Below are positions 31,131 to 43,233 of a stretch of 64,000 nt of DNA, in pieces. This DNA comes from a bacterium. GTDB lineage: Bacteria > SM23-31. Position 1 is the first letter of the stretch, and each line of letters opens with the position of its first letter. Location: the NCBI GenBank assembly GCA_965249485.1, contig OZ252239.1, positions 1,696,001-1,760,000 of the forward strand, read 5' to 3'. Both the position numbers and the translations under genes were made by a program. The notes beneath the pieces are model-generated. The model searched no databases. It was not told the origin of the DNA and saw only the letters and a list, made by a program, of their open reading frames with translations.

Positions 31131-33217
31131 ATGAACAAAATATTTTATCTTACTCTTGTAGTCTTCTTCTTTTTTTTCGGCCTGGCTTATGCTCAAACTG
31201 AAGAAGTAGATATTTTTGATTTGTCTTTTGAAGAGCTGGCAAATATTAAAATCATATCTGCTACACAGAGAGAACAAACGATAGGTGAAGCACCCGCAAT
31301 TATTTCGATAATTACACGCCAGGAAATAAAGGACCGGGGATATCAGACAGTCGGTGAAGCTTTAAACAGTGTTGCGGGACTTGATCCACTCCATGACAGG
31401 TTTCAATACAATCTTGGAATCCGGGGCATTAACGGTGGGATGCGGGCATGGTCACGCATCGTCAAGCTCATGATTGACGGGCAACCGGTCGCTTACAGAT
31501 CGAGTTCGGAAAATTTTTTAGGAAAAGAATTGATTCCAGTAAACATCGTGGAAAGAATTGAAATAGTACGGGGTCCCGGATCGGCATTATACGGTTCAAA
31601 CGCATTTTTGGGTGTAATCAATATAATCACACTGAGAAGTGAGCTATCAAATTGGGCTGAAGTTTCCGGTCAAATTGGCAGTTCTCAATTCATTAACGGT
31701 GATGGATCAAGTATTGCGGTTGGCGGAAGATCCGGCGGATTTAATTTTATCGCTGCCGGTTCGTTTAATAAAAGTGATATATCCGGACAAACACCGGTAA
31801 ATGTTCCAGGATCGGAAATATATGGCAGCAATGCGAAAAGTGTGAATGATATATCACGGAACCGCAGTCTGTTTGTAAAAAATTGAATACGAGAACGAAC
31901 GCCTCGGGCATGTCGGCATAAACTTTAATTATCAGTTGCTGGATAGTTTTGGAGAATTCCAGGATTGGGGTGTCTTGACGCACAATAAATAGGATTAACA
32001 TTGGAAATTATTATGTACAGAGCAATTATTCAAGAAGTATAGCAGATAATTACACAGGATACTTCTCCATTGCTTATACGGAAGGAAAGCCTTTTAAAAA
32101 TGACAGACTTGATACCGATAGCGATCCCGCAGATTGGATTACAAGAGAGGTCGGGTACAAAGGAATTGATGTATCCGCTAAATTAGATTATAATATCAGT
32201 GCAAACAATATTGTCACTTTTGGCTTTGATCACACAATTGATGATCAGGATTTACAAACATATTATTTCAACGTATCTGGTAACACAAAATCTCCACGTC
32301 AGGGTTTAATAAATGGCAACAAAGATTTCATTAATTCAGGGTATTTTTTGCAAGCGATTTATTATCCTATCGCCGACTTAGGCATAACTGCCGGTCTAAG
32401 ATATGACGATCATAATATTTATGAAGACGTGGTCAATTACAGAATAGGTGGGGTATATCAAGTATCCGATAAAATCTATACAAAACTTCTCTCCTATAAG
32501 GCTCCATCCTCCTCACAATTATTTTCCAATTTTATTGTTTCGCAAGGTGTTGTTGGTAATCCTGACTTAAATCCCGAAAAAGCAAGCACTGTTGAGGCTG
32601 CGATAGGATTGCAACTCGTGAATAACCTGAATATTAATGTAAATGCTTTTTACAACACAATCGATGACAAAGTGGAGCTCGTGATACCAGACGGTTCACT
32701 TTCTAACGTCAGGCCTGACAATATCGCTAAGATCAATTCCGCGGGTGTAGAAGTTGAGATACTCCATAATTTTAGAAATTTGAGGAGTTTTGTAAACTAT
32801 TCTTTTCAAAAAAGCATCATTGAAAAAGACGATCTTATTCGAGGAGAGGTCAAATTAAATACAGATTTGTATCCATCAAATATGGTAAAATTCGGAACGA
32901 ACTACAGAATTCCTGATTACTATTTAAACTTGAATCTTGAAGGCAGGTGGATAGACACACGTCTTTCAAGCGAGATAAATAGTTTTATTTTTGATCCTGT
33001 AAATTTCAGGGTTCAAAGGTATAAGTTGAAATCCTATCTGGTGATAGACGTAACGTTATCCACTCAAAATATCAGCTTGTTTTCCGGAAGGGAAACCGGT
33101 GTTACAATTAAAAGTTTTAATGTATTTGATAAAAAATTCGCCTATCCCGGATTTAAAGATTTTGACATTCCGGGATTTGGAAGGTCGGTAGTCTTAAACC
33201 TGACACAACATTTTTAA
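31131..33217 (+). pseudogene. TonB-dependent receptor with two frameshifts (possibly read errors)
   Basis: LSFEELANI, plug ERIEIVRGPGSALYGSNAFLGVINIIT, C-terminal Phe; shifts at A6 31877-31882 and ~31988. Confidence 0.85.
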
Positions 33218-33242
33218 TGCTTAATAAGATATTGACCATATA

Positions 33243-34565
33243 ATGTATCAGAATTGTTTTGGAGAAAAAGCAGTGAAGAATTGTAAGATCAATAGCATAT
33301 ATATTATTGCAGCAGCCATTGTATTTCTCTTTGTAGTGACCTGCAGTCCTCTGGAAGTGGATCTGGGGGAAAGAGTCCTTGAGGATCCTTTGAAAATTGG
33401 ACTTATTGTTCCTTTGTCGGTTGACAGAACAGATGAAGGAATAGCTTTTTTTGCATCAAATCTTGCTGCTGAAGAAATCAATAGAGAAGGTGGAGTTCTC
33501 GGTAGAGAGCTCGAAATAGTATTAGTTAATGACGGAGGTTTACCCGCACAAGGTGTAGAAGGCGCATTGAATCTTAAAGAAGAAGGTATAGACATCATTT
33601 TGGGTCCTGCCTGGTCAAGTGTGACATTAGCTGTAACGCAGCAATTCTCTATAGCAAACGGAATGTTATTAATGTCTCACAGCGCAACTTCTCCCCAGAT
33701 TTCGCACTTGCAGGACAACAATTTAGTGTGGAGAACGTCGCCTTCCGACGCGTTCCAGGGCACAATAGGAGCGGATTTTGTATTCAATAGGTTTCAAAAA
33801 GAAACGGTCGGAATTTTGTTCTCTACAAACGCATATGCTGCCGATCTTTCTAGCTCTTTCAGTGATGCATTTGAAGAATTAGCGGGAGAAAATTCGATAG
33901 TAAGTTTTGTCTCATATCCGGAAATGCTGAACTATGAATCGTATGATTTTACTCCCCATTTGGATGAGCTTTTTGCAGATAGACCCGATGCAATTTATTT
34001 CACCTCATTTTCATCAGACGCTATAAAAATAACAAATGATATTTTTGAGGGTGGATATTTAAGCGACGATTACAGACCTTTGTTTTTCTCAAACGACGGT
34101 CCGTTCGGAATAGACTTCATATTTAATGGAAATCCGGAAATTCTTGAGGGAATGGTGGGAACGCAGCCTACCGGTGTAGCGAGCGATCCAAATTTCCTTC
34201 TTTTTGAAAATAATTTCAATAACAGGTTCAAGTTTAACCCTGTTCCCTTCAACGAACATGTATATGATGCTGTTTACCTGATCGCTTATTCCATATTAAA
34301 ATCCGGTTCGACAACTCCCCAAAATATAGCCTTGGAATTACGTAATATTTCCGGAGGTAATCCCGGAGTTCAAGGTACGATTATCAATGTAAATGAGTTT
34401 GGAAAAGCAAGAGATATTATTGAGAGTGGGGAAGATATCAATTATAATGGTGCATCAGGTGTGATCGACTTTGATGAAAACGGTGATCCCAGCACGGGAA
34501 CCTACAAGATTTGGAGAATTGTCAACGGGGAAGCCATTATAGAAGAAATTGTAACTTTTCCATAG
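33243..34565 (+). CDS. Type I periplasmic binding protein (LivJ-like)
   Basis: EEINREGGVLGRELE, SATSPQIS, RTSPSDAFQG, YDAVY, NYNGASG.IDFDENGD. Confidence 0.9.
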   Translation: MYQNCFGEKAVKNCKINSIYIIAAAIVFLFVVTCSPLEVDLGERVLEDPLKIGLIVPLSVDRTDEGIAFFASNLAAEEINREGGVLGRELEIVLVNDGGLPAQGVEGALNLKEEGIDIILGPAWSSVTLAVTQQFSIANGMLLMSHSATSPQISHLQDNNLVWRTSPSDAFQGTIGADFVFNRFQKETVGILFSTNAYAADLSSSFSDAFEELAGENSIVSFVSYPEMLNYESYDFTPHLDELFADRPDAIYFTSFSSDAIKITNDIFEGGYLSDDYRPLFFSNDGPFGIDFIFNGNPEILEGMVGTQPTGVASDPNFLLFENNFNNRFKFNPVPFNEHVYDAVYLIAYSILKSGSTTPQNIALELRNISGGNPGVQGTIINVNEFGKARDIIESGEDINYNGASGVIDFDENGDPSTGTYKIWRIVNGEAIIEEIVTFP

Positions 34566-34678
34566 TTATTGGATTTAGAATCCTTAAGAACATAACCGGA
34601 ACCTGGAAAACTACCATAATTATTGACATTTTTTTATCGAGATTCTTTGGTTCTGTGATATATATTTCACGTTAAAAC

Positions 34679-35230
34679 ATGTGTAATCCAAAAATGAAAA
34701 TTGCCGGAAGTGTTTTAGTCATAATTTTTATTTATTTGAGTATTTTACCCTTGTATGGACAGCAAATTATTAGCGCTGACGTCGAGTACACTATTAAATC
34801 CGCAAACATTTACAAAATCTGCAGGTTTACCGAGTGGCCAGGAGTGGTTGATACAACCCGTCATTTTGTTATCTCTGTTATTGGAGAATTCGAAGATAGA
34901 AAAGAGATTGCAATACCAAAAAACAGACTGATTGGTAATAGAGAAATTGATATAAGAAAAATCAATACTATAGATGAAATAAAAGACTCGGAAGTTCTTT
35001 TCATTTATTCATCCGTACTGGATTCATTGGACTTGATATTAGAATATGTTAAAGACAAACCGATTCTTACCATTAGTGACACTGAAGGATTTGCTGAAAG
35101 GGGAGTAATATTAAATTTTTATATTGAAGACGATTTAGTCAAATTTGAAATTAACCGTAATTTTGCACAGCAATCACTTGTCAGACTAAACTCTCAGTTA
35201 TTTTCATTAGGTAGAATTATACAAAATTAA
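34679..35230 (+). CDS. YfiR family periplasmic protein
   Basis: EY.IKSA.IY.I.RFTEWP, PILTISDTEGFAERG, VKFEIN, LNSQL..L. Confidence 0.88.
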   Translation: MCNPKMKIAGSVLVIIFIYLSILPLYGQQIISADVEYTIKSANIYKICRFTEWPGVVDTTRHFVISVIGEFEDRKEIAIPKNRLIGNREIDIRKINTIDEIKDSEVLFIYSSVLDSLDLILEYVKDKPILTISDTEGFAERGVILNFYIEDDLVKFEINRNFAQQSLVRLNSQLFSLGRIIQN

Positions 35231-35348
35231 ATCGGCACTTTGATTACAATATATCCTTACATGAGATACATGATCACATTGTGTCTTACTCGATACAAAC
35301 ACTCTTGTACAAATTTGTTGTTTCCATTACCAGACCAAATTTGCCAAA

Positions 35349-37896
35349 ATGACAAATACCTATAAAAACCTCTCAATCAGAAAAAAATATACGCTAATTT
35401 CTCTTATCGCGGTATTTTGGGCCACTGTTGCAGTGCTTATTGCCCTCGGAATCAAAAATAATCAGACTTTAAAGGATGACCTTACTGCAAAGATAGAAGC
35501 CGGGGCAGATGTAATAGTTTCAAATTCTGTAGCAGCAGTAGATTTCGGGGACCGGAATCAGGCTGAAATCGTTCTGGCAAGCTTAATCGGCATTCCGGAA
35601 ATTGCCGGGGCAGTTATGAATGATGTTAACGGTAATGAGTTCGCTGTTTTCAAGAGGTTCGACGAAGTTCCGAGTCCGATAATAGATGAGATGGACGAAG
35701 CTTTTTTGTTTAAGAACAGTTATCTTTACGTCAGAAAAAACATCGATTATCAGAACGAATTGTTGGGTAGTTTACATATAATTGCGTCAACGGAAACTCT
35801 ATCACAGCAGAGACTTGAATTCATATTATTCGCCCTCGTAGTCCTTAGTGTAATATTTTTAGTAACAGCTCTTCTGGGTGGAGTACTGTCTAAAAGCATC
35901 ACGGACCCAATTGTACAATTGTCCGATACAGCTGCAACCATTTCTGAAAAAGGTGACTATTCTATTCGTGTCACGAAACACCATAATGACGAGACCGGTG
36001 CTCTTTTTGACAGTTTTAACAATATGTTAGACCATATAGCCTTAAAAAATTCCGAGATTGAAGGTCTCAATGAGAATCTGTTAGATTCGGAGAAAAAATA
36101 CCGAAGGATATTTGAAAATGCAACCGAAGGTATTTTTCAATCGACGCCTGGCGGCAAATATGTAACGGTAAATCAGGCATTAGCAAGAATTTTTGGGTAT
36201 GATTCTCCAGAAGATTTTTTGGAAATTATCAATGATGCTCAGAGTCAAATCTATGTTGATCCAAGAAAACGTGATGATTTCCAAAATGAAATCAAAAAAA
36301 ATAACGTTGTCATAGATTTTGAATACGAGGCTTATAAGAAGGATGGAAGTATAATATATGTTACGGAAAACGCACACACGGTAAGGGATGAGAATAATAA
36401 TTTGCTTTATTACGAAGGGACTGCATTAGATATTTCTGAAAAAAAGAGAAGCGAAGATCTGAAATTAGCGAAAGAGGCTGCTGAGGTGGCAAACAAAGCG
36501 AAAAGTGCTTTTCTGGCGAATATGTCGCATGAAATTCGCACACCTATGAATGCCATCCTGGGTTATTCACAACTGATCCAGCGCGACCATAATCTGAGTG
36601 AAGAACATGAAAAGTCTTTAGAATCGGTTAAAAGGAGCGGTGAGCATTTGATGGCGTTGATTAATGACATCCTCGAAATGTCCAAGATTGAAGCAGGAAG
36701 AGTGACTCTCGACTCAAGAGCATTCGATTTCTACAGGTTTATGCATGACCTGGAAGAAATGTTTCAGCTTCGGACAGGTGCAAAAAACCTCAAATTAGAA
36801 GTGAATATTTCAGATGATACTCCACAATATATCATATCTGACGAAGGAAAAGTGCGTCAAGTTCTCATAAATCTGCTGGAAAACGCAATTAAATTTACTC
36901 AAGAAGGCGGAATTACTGTCAAAGCAAACGTTGTGCAGGTTGGACAGAAAAAGGCGAAAGGTAAGAACAATAATAACGTAAAAATGATCATTAAAGTCGA
37001 GGATTCCGGGCAGGGAATCTCGAAGAACGATCTTGGACGAATATTTAAAAATTTTGAGCAAGTTTTAGAAAATAAGAATAGTGGAAGAGGTACAGGATTG
37101 GGTCTGGCAATAAGCCGAAATTATGCACATATTTTAGATGGCGATATATCAGTTACCAGTTCTTTAGGAAAGGGAAGCATATTTTTATTTGAGTTTGGGG
37201 CAGAAACAAGTGACGCATCTAGTGTGGTACCCGAAACACCAAAACTCAATATCATTGGTATAGAAGCAAATCAAAAACAATTTCGGGTCCTTATAGTAGA
37301 CGACGATGAATCAAATAGAGACATTCTGATTAAAATGTTAACAGATATAGGCTTTACAACACACATTGCAGTGAATGGAAAAGAAAGTATTGCAGCGTTT
37401 AAAGAGTGGAAACCACACCTTATTTTAATGGATATACTCATGCCCGAAATGGACGGCAAAGAAGCCATGAAACGTATCCGAAAGTTACCTGCTGGAAAAA
37501 AGACCATAATTTTTGCCATAACAGCAAGCGTTCTAAAGGATGAAGAAAATGAAGTGATGGAATCTGGGGCAGACGAATTTATCCGTAAATCTGTCAGTGA
37601 ATCGGTTTTATTTCAAGCAATCAAGAGAAATTGTGATGTTAAATTTGTTTATGACAAGGAAACTAATATTCCTGACATACAAATTGTCAACAATTCTTTC
37701 AACCTTTCAAAGGAATCTTTTTCAAAACTGCCAGAGGATCTGATCAAGAATTTAAGTAAAGCTTTAAAACTTGGTAAAGCAGGATGAAACCTATGAATTG
37801 TTGTCACAGATTTCAGATTATGATGCGAATTTAGCCAACGGTCTGCGTGGCCTTGTTGAGAATTTCGAATATGATAAAATAATTAAGCTGATGTAA
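35349..37896 (+). CDS. Hybrid histidine kinase (CHASE8-like, HAMP, PAS, HisKA, HATPase, REC); frameshift near 37780 in the tail
   Basis: [45 protein letters not shown]; tail [10 protein letters not shown] in another frame. Confidence 0.92.
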
Positions 37897-38011
37897 TCGA
37901 GCGGAAAACGTGCGCGACCTGGTGGGGAGATTTGACTATAATAGAGCTTGAATCTCTCCTCAAAAAGAAATTTCTTATAAATTGTATATGTGTTTATTAA
38001 ACCAATAATCG

Positions 38012-39083
38012 ATGGAGTTAATAACGATGCGAGATATCTTAAAACATAAGAACGCGGATATTCTCATAGTAGACGATACGCCGGCAAACCTTCAATTATT
38101 GAACAAAATGCTCAAAAATGAAGGATATAAGGTCAGGCTTTTACCCAGTGGGAAAATGGCACTGGATGCGGTTAAAGAAGAGCCGCCGGTATTGATACTT
38201 CTTGACATCAACATGCCGGGAATGAACGGATTTGAAGTTTGTGAAAAGATTAAATCCTTTCCCGAAACAAAAGATATTCCCATTATTTTTCTCACAGCAA
38301 TGACCGAATTGGAAGATGTAATTAAAGGCTTCAAGCTTGGGGCGGTAGATTACATAACTAAGCCCTTCAACCAGGAAGAACTTCTTGTAAGAATAAATAC
38401 TCACAATGGAATTAACACTTGCTCAATACGAAATTCGTGATCTCAATAAACAACTGCTTAAGGCGAACGAGGAACTCAATGAATGGAACGACAGACTTGA
38501 AGAAAAAATTGACAAAAAGACAATGGAAATCTATGAGATGAATAAGGTTCTAACGCGAAAGAACGAAGCTTTAGGGAGCAGGGATAGAGTTCTTGAGTAT
38601 CTTCTCGATTTTCATCCAATAAATGATTCGATGCTTTATATCTTACAAGAATTTTTTAAACTAACAGATATTGAAAGAATTATAGTCTATGTCATAACAG
38701 ATGCCAAAGATTTCAAGCCCCTTTTTGGAATGTCAATGGAAAACAAGAAGAAACTGTTAACAAAAAAAGAACTCTCGAAATTCCTTGATTTACCGGGTTT
38801 GAGTAAAGCACAATTAAAGAAATTCCTTTCCAGTAAAGAATTAGTGATTGATAGTATAAACGATTTTTCGGTTATGGTCCCACTTATAAAGGAAAATATT
38901 CAAATCGGTTATATTTTATTCGGCAATACGCAAAAGCAGCAAAATATTAGCGAAGAATGTATCGAATTTGCCTTGGACATGTCAAATATGTTTTCACTTG
39001 TAGTAAATGATTTTCTTGTAAGAGGATCGTACGACGATCTCGAAAATAAGCTTGAGGATGTGTTAAGTGATATCGAAAAATAA
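38012..39083 (+). pseudogene. Response regulator REC + coiled coil + GAF-like domain, split by 1-bp insertion at ~38405
   Basis: LIVDD, LLDINMPG, DYITKPF; removing one A joins INTH-MELT. Confidence 0.75.
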
Positions 39084-39124
39084 ATAGAGGATTTTTACAA
39101 CCACAACCTGATGAATCTGAAACT

Positions 39125-41452
39125 ATGCAAACTTTCAAAGACGAAGAAAATTTAGAAAATTTTGATTTTTCAAAGTTAAATCAAATTCTTTCAGAAGAAC
39201 TGTCCAATCAATATGATGATGTTGAACCTGCTGACAAATTGGAACAAAACATATTGGTGATCGAAGTGCCCACTCTTGATGAGGGATATAGGAAAGCTTG
39301 TGATCTGTTCGAAGTCGATGAAAAGGAAGTGGAATACAAAATTTTGAAAAAATCCGCACATGAGGGAAGTCCAAGCGGGAAACTATTAAAAATTGAATTT
39401 AGAAAAAGGACAATATCCGGATCAAGTAAGATTATTATCGCTGACGATAATCTTTCAGCGTCAATAGATACATTATATCCCAGGAAAACGGACGGTGAAT
39501 TTACCAGTTATTCTGAGGTCGTTGACCAAATACAGAAGATGGGAATAAACGATGGTGTAAAATTAGCTACAATTCGAAATTCTGTTAAATCAGTCTTAGA
39601 GAATATGGAAGTAATGAATGATATTGTCATTGCTAAAAAGGAAAAACCACATCCTGGTAAAAATGCAGAATTGATTGATGGGATATTTAATGATATAGAA
39701 GAGTTATCGTACAAATCCCATAAAGGCATTCCATTTACCCGTTTACTCCAACTACAAGATTTAAAGGAATTGGAGGAAAAATCCTTTCCGGTGTACTTAA
39801 TGAGTAAAGGGGAAATCGCTGCTACTACGACCCTTCCAACAGAAGGCAGAAAAGGTGTTGATATTTTTGGAAAGGAAATAGAGTCTACCTTTGGCGTCAA
39901 GGTCTTTGAAGTTGGTGATAATGTAAAGTATGAATTTGATGCCGAAAGAATTTCATATTTTGCTGAGAGATGCGGTTATCTGTTCAATGACAACAATACA
40001 TTACATGTAATATCGCCAATCTGGATTAATGAAGACGAATTGTCGGCATATTTTGTCAAATTGCCTACATTTAACTCCTTTCAAAAGGAATTTAAGGAAG
40101 AAGATTTGAAAGAGTTGATTGAAGATTCTAATATAATATTAAACAATACCTCTGATTTAGTGTATTTGATAAATGAATACCTGAAGGAAAAGAAAGGAAA
40201 ATTTGAACTTATAAAAATTGCAGAAGGCTATCCCCCGGAAAAAGGGCACGATGCAAAAATCGAATATTTTTTTGACAAAGACGTTGGAACTGGTGACATG
40301 AAGAAAGATGGAAGCATTGATTTTCAAACTATTGAGCGGGGAGATACAATTCAAGCAAATCAATTGATTGCTGTAAAATATCTGGCAACAGAGGGAGCCC
40401 TCGGAGTCACCATTTCGGGAAAAAGACTCCCGGCGATAAACGGAATAGAAAAAAGTCTTGAAGGATTAAACAATATTCGCATCGTAAAACAAAAGAAAAA
40501 GCATTTGTATTACTCCACTATAGAAGGTATTGTTGATCTTGTGGGTAATTATGGTATTAGTGTAAACAGGAATTATAAAATAGACGGAGACCTTGATTAT
40601 AAGACCGGTAATGTTTCATTTGATGGAAACGTCCACATAAAAGGATCGGTCAAATCAGGATTTAATGTTGTTGTAGATGGCGATGTTTTGATTGAAGGCA
40701 GTGTCAGTAGTAAATCGACAGTACATTCCGGTGGAAATATCATTGTTAAAGAGGGAATAGTTGGCAAGAATGATTTATATATCAAAGCAAAGGGCAGTAT
40801 AACTGTTCCATTTATTCACGGAGCCAATGTAGAGGTAGATGGAGATGTTATCGTTAAGGAATACATAATCCATTCTGTTGTAAAATCTAGGGGAAGCGTA
40901 TATTCTCCTGCCTTTAATAAGAAAGCGATAGGCAGAGGAGTGATAATGAATAGTGAAATATATGCCTTAAAAAGTGTTGTCGCTAACAAAGTTGGTTCCG
41001 AATATGCCGGAAATACCAAAATATTTACCGGGATAGACACAAAATTGGAATCAAAAGTCAAGAAGTTGCAATTTAATTTGAAAGTGTGTGACAATGGGAT
41101 CTCGAAAATATCCGATTCGTTACGGATCGGATATAATGACGTTGAAAAGCTGAAATTAATTCTGAAAAAACTGAATCCATCCAGACAAAAACCTATAATT
41201 GAAATGTTTGAAAAACTCAATGAACTTTTAAAATTCAGGAATTCAATATCCGAAAAAATCAGCATCCTTCGGAGCCAAATCGATGAATTTCCTTTTGATG
41301 GGGAAATCGTTGTCAGGGACATGATTTTCCCCGAAGTATTAATTCAAATTGGTGAAAGTAGTACGAAAACAGAATCTGTGCTCAACTTGGTCAAGTACTC
41401 ACTGAGCGATAATGGTAAAGATATTAAGATTACAAAATTAGAGAAAATGTAA
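39125..41452 (+). CDS. FapA/DUF342 family protein with Jag_N-like N-terminus
   Basis: IAEG.PP.KG.DA, DGSIDF, GDLDYKTGNVSFDGNVHIKGSV beta-helix; two FapA_N-like repeats. Confidence 0.85.
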   Translation: MQTFKDEENLENFDFSKLNQILSEELSNQYDDVEPADKLEQNILVIEVPTLDEGYRKACDLFEVDEKEVEYKILKKSAHEGSPSGKLLKIEFRKRTISGSSKIIIADDNLSASIDTLYPRKTDGEFTSYSEVVDQIQKMGINDGVKLATIRNSVKSVLENMEVMNDIVIAKKEKPHPGKNAELIDGIFNDIEELSYKSHKGIPFTRLLQLQDLKELEEKSFPVYLMSKGEIAATTTLPTEGRKGVDIFGKEIESTFGVKVFEVGDNVKYEFDAERISYFAERCGYLFNDNNTLHVISPIWINEDELSAYFVKLPTFNSFQKEFKEEDLKELIEDSNIILNNTSDLVYLINEYLKEKKGKFELIKIAEGYPPEKGHDAKIEYFFDKDVGTGDMKKDGSIDFQTIERGDTIQANQLIAVKYLATEGALGVTISGKRLPAINGIEKSLEGLNNIRIVKQKKKHLYYSTIEGIVDLVGNYGISVNRNYKIDGDLDYKTGNVSFDGNVHIKGSVKSGFNVVVDGDVLIEGSVSSKSTVHSGGNIIVKEGIVGKNDLYIKAKGSITVPFIHGANVEVDGDVIVKEYIIHSVVKSRGSVYSPAFNKKAIGRGVIMNSEIYALKSVVANKVGSEYAGNTKIFTGIDTKLESKVKKLQFNLKVCDNGISKISDSLRIGYNDVEKLKLILKKLNPSRQKPIIEMFEKLNELLKFRNSISEKISILRSQIDEFPFDGEIVVRDMIFPEVLIQIGESSTKTESVLNLVKYSLSDNGKDIKITKLEKM

Positions 41453-41624
41453 TCTCAAGCTGCATGAGTTCTTGTATTTTTTCAATATACGCCGGACTAC
41501 AAAGATTTAAAAACAAGAGATACTTTAAACTTCTCCACGTGTATTTCATTCCCCAAACTGTACGATTACTCAGCAAATAAATACAGTCTATTTATTCAAA
41601 TTCCATTGAATAATGATTTTAGGA

Positions 41625-42154
41625 TGTACATCGTCAGAACAAGTTGGACAGTATTAGTTGAAATTAAGAGATACATTGAGTTTTTCCAAGTGATTTTTTT
41701 CTCACATCCCTTCGTAAGTCGTCTTTCCAGATAACTCTCCCCTAGCATATATACTAACAAGGATTTAACATTATTTGCATATAAGGAGGATTTTTACCGA
41801 ATGGATAGAAAGAATTGAAGAGTCGAAAAACTGGGAGGATTTTTGGGTAGGACGCGAACGTATCACGCCATTCTTAAAAACATCAATAAATACAACACCT
41901 TACATATCGCTAAAATCCCCATTTATTTCTAAATTGTGCCTAAAATTTTCAATTTTTCATTTTCAATTGAAAAATGTTGAATTTTGCTTTTGTAAAATAA
42001 TCTCTAAGCAACTCTGCAAATCCGAATGCTCAAATCGAAACAAAACTGTCTCTTAATAGTAGGTGTAAATCTAACCAAAATATTCTGAACCACTTCAGCA
42101 TAGACTAAATGTACCTCTTAACCATTAACCTAAAACAGTCCAACTTGTTCTGAA
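41625..42154. mobile_element. ~530-bp MITE-like element with family A inverted repeats, enclosing B and C2 repeats
   Basis: Left TGTACATCGTCAGAACAAGTTGGAC; right GTCCAACTTGTTCTGA (42138-42153); no ORF, no TSD seen. Confidence 0.65.
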
Positions 42155-42239
42155 CCCCTGCAATTTTAAGTCAAATATTTTTTAATAATTTATTAATCAA
42201 TATCTTGATAATCTTTTGTTTACATACAAAATTTCTTTA

Positions 42240-42830
42240 AGGAATAGAAGTGAAAAAATTATGACATATTACTGAACATCGATGAAGAGAATTATAAGTT
42301 AATCGGATCTTATTTGCCTTAATTTCATAATAAGGTTTAATTTTTTTGTTATGATTATCTAAAAGGGGATTTCTTTTAATTTTAGCAAGATAATTCTTAA
42401 TTTCTGTTTCATGAAAATTTGGAGAAAGTAATCCATCTCCACTGTGAGCAAAACAATTTCTTATATGGTTAAAATTAATAAATTCGTCCCAATGGATCCA
42501 TTGGAATGGTTTATTATATCTGGCATTTCAAATATGTTCAGGGCAATTTTGATTAAGTCATGAAAAAATCATTATTATGCCCCCACCAAAAATATAATTA
42601 CGTTCATCAGAAGGTAGCTGCTTACCAGTCATTACCTTTTCATGAACAACCCCCGATCTAATAACTCTATATATTGTTCTAAATATATGTATGTCTTTCG
42701 GCATATCTACTATCCCTTTCTTATATATAACTCTTTAAATACTTCTCAAAATTCCAATTAAATCTATCCATGGCATAATAATATTCTTAATGGAATAGGA
42801 ATGAGATTAGAGGTAAGATTACAATTAAGT
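42240..42830 (-). pseudogene. Decayed AT-rich ORF with HEPN-like RxxxxH motif
   Basis: NHIRNCFAHSGDG at 42432-42470; multiple stops. Confidence 0.35.
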
Positions 42831-42840
42831 GAAAACTCTT

Positions 42841-42894
42841 CATAGAAAAATTATCTCTTACATATTAATTTTAAATCTGTCCAACTTGTTCTGA
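42841..42894 (+). mobile_element. Family A IS150-like end
   Basis: CTGTCCAACTTGTTCTGA. Confidence 0.65.
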
Positions 42895-42970
42895 ACATTT
42901 AGAATACAGGAATAAGAAAGGTAATTAAAAGCCGTTTGAGATGGATATCGCCAGATAAAATAATATTACG

Positions 42971-43029
42971 ATTGCCGTCAGCCATCAATCGCATGAGGTA
43001 CGAGCTTCGGCAGTATGGCGTTGTTAGGT
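42971..43029 (-). other. Degenerate attC site
   Basis: ACCTAAC-AACGC-CATACTG...GCTCGTACCTC...GATG-GCTGAC-G. Confidence 0.6.
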
Positions 43030-43080
43030 ATTTTAACAGACCTGATTCGTTAAAATCTCATGGATGTTGGACATCATAAA

Positions 43081-43233
43081 TTACTTGCGTGGTGGTATGT
43101 CTGTGTCACAGAATTTACAACGCACATTTTCCAGTTTTTTACTTGCAGGGACAATTTGGTCTTTCTTACATTTAGGACATGTCCGCTTAAGGCGAAAAAC
43201 TGAGTTAATTGCTAACTGAAATATCGGATTCAT
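43081..43233 (-). CDS. 50-aa zinc-ribbon protein (not in ORF track)
   Basis: MNPIFQLAINSVFRLKRTCPKCKKDQIVPASKKLENVRCKFCDTDIPPRK; ATG directly follows kef TAA. Confidence 0.75.
   Translation of the reverse strand: MNPIFQLAINSVFRLKRTCPKCKKDQIVPASKKLENVRCKFCDTDIPPRK

Noticed and set aside
41775..42056. 93-aa ORF as a MITE-encoded protein
   Set aside because: Lies across repeats B/C2 and I could not see the frame conserved in other copies.
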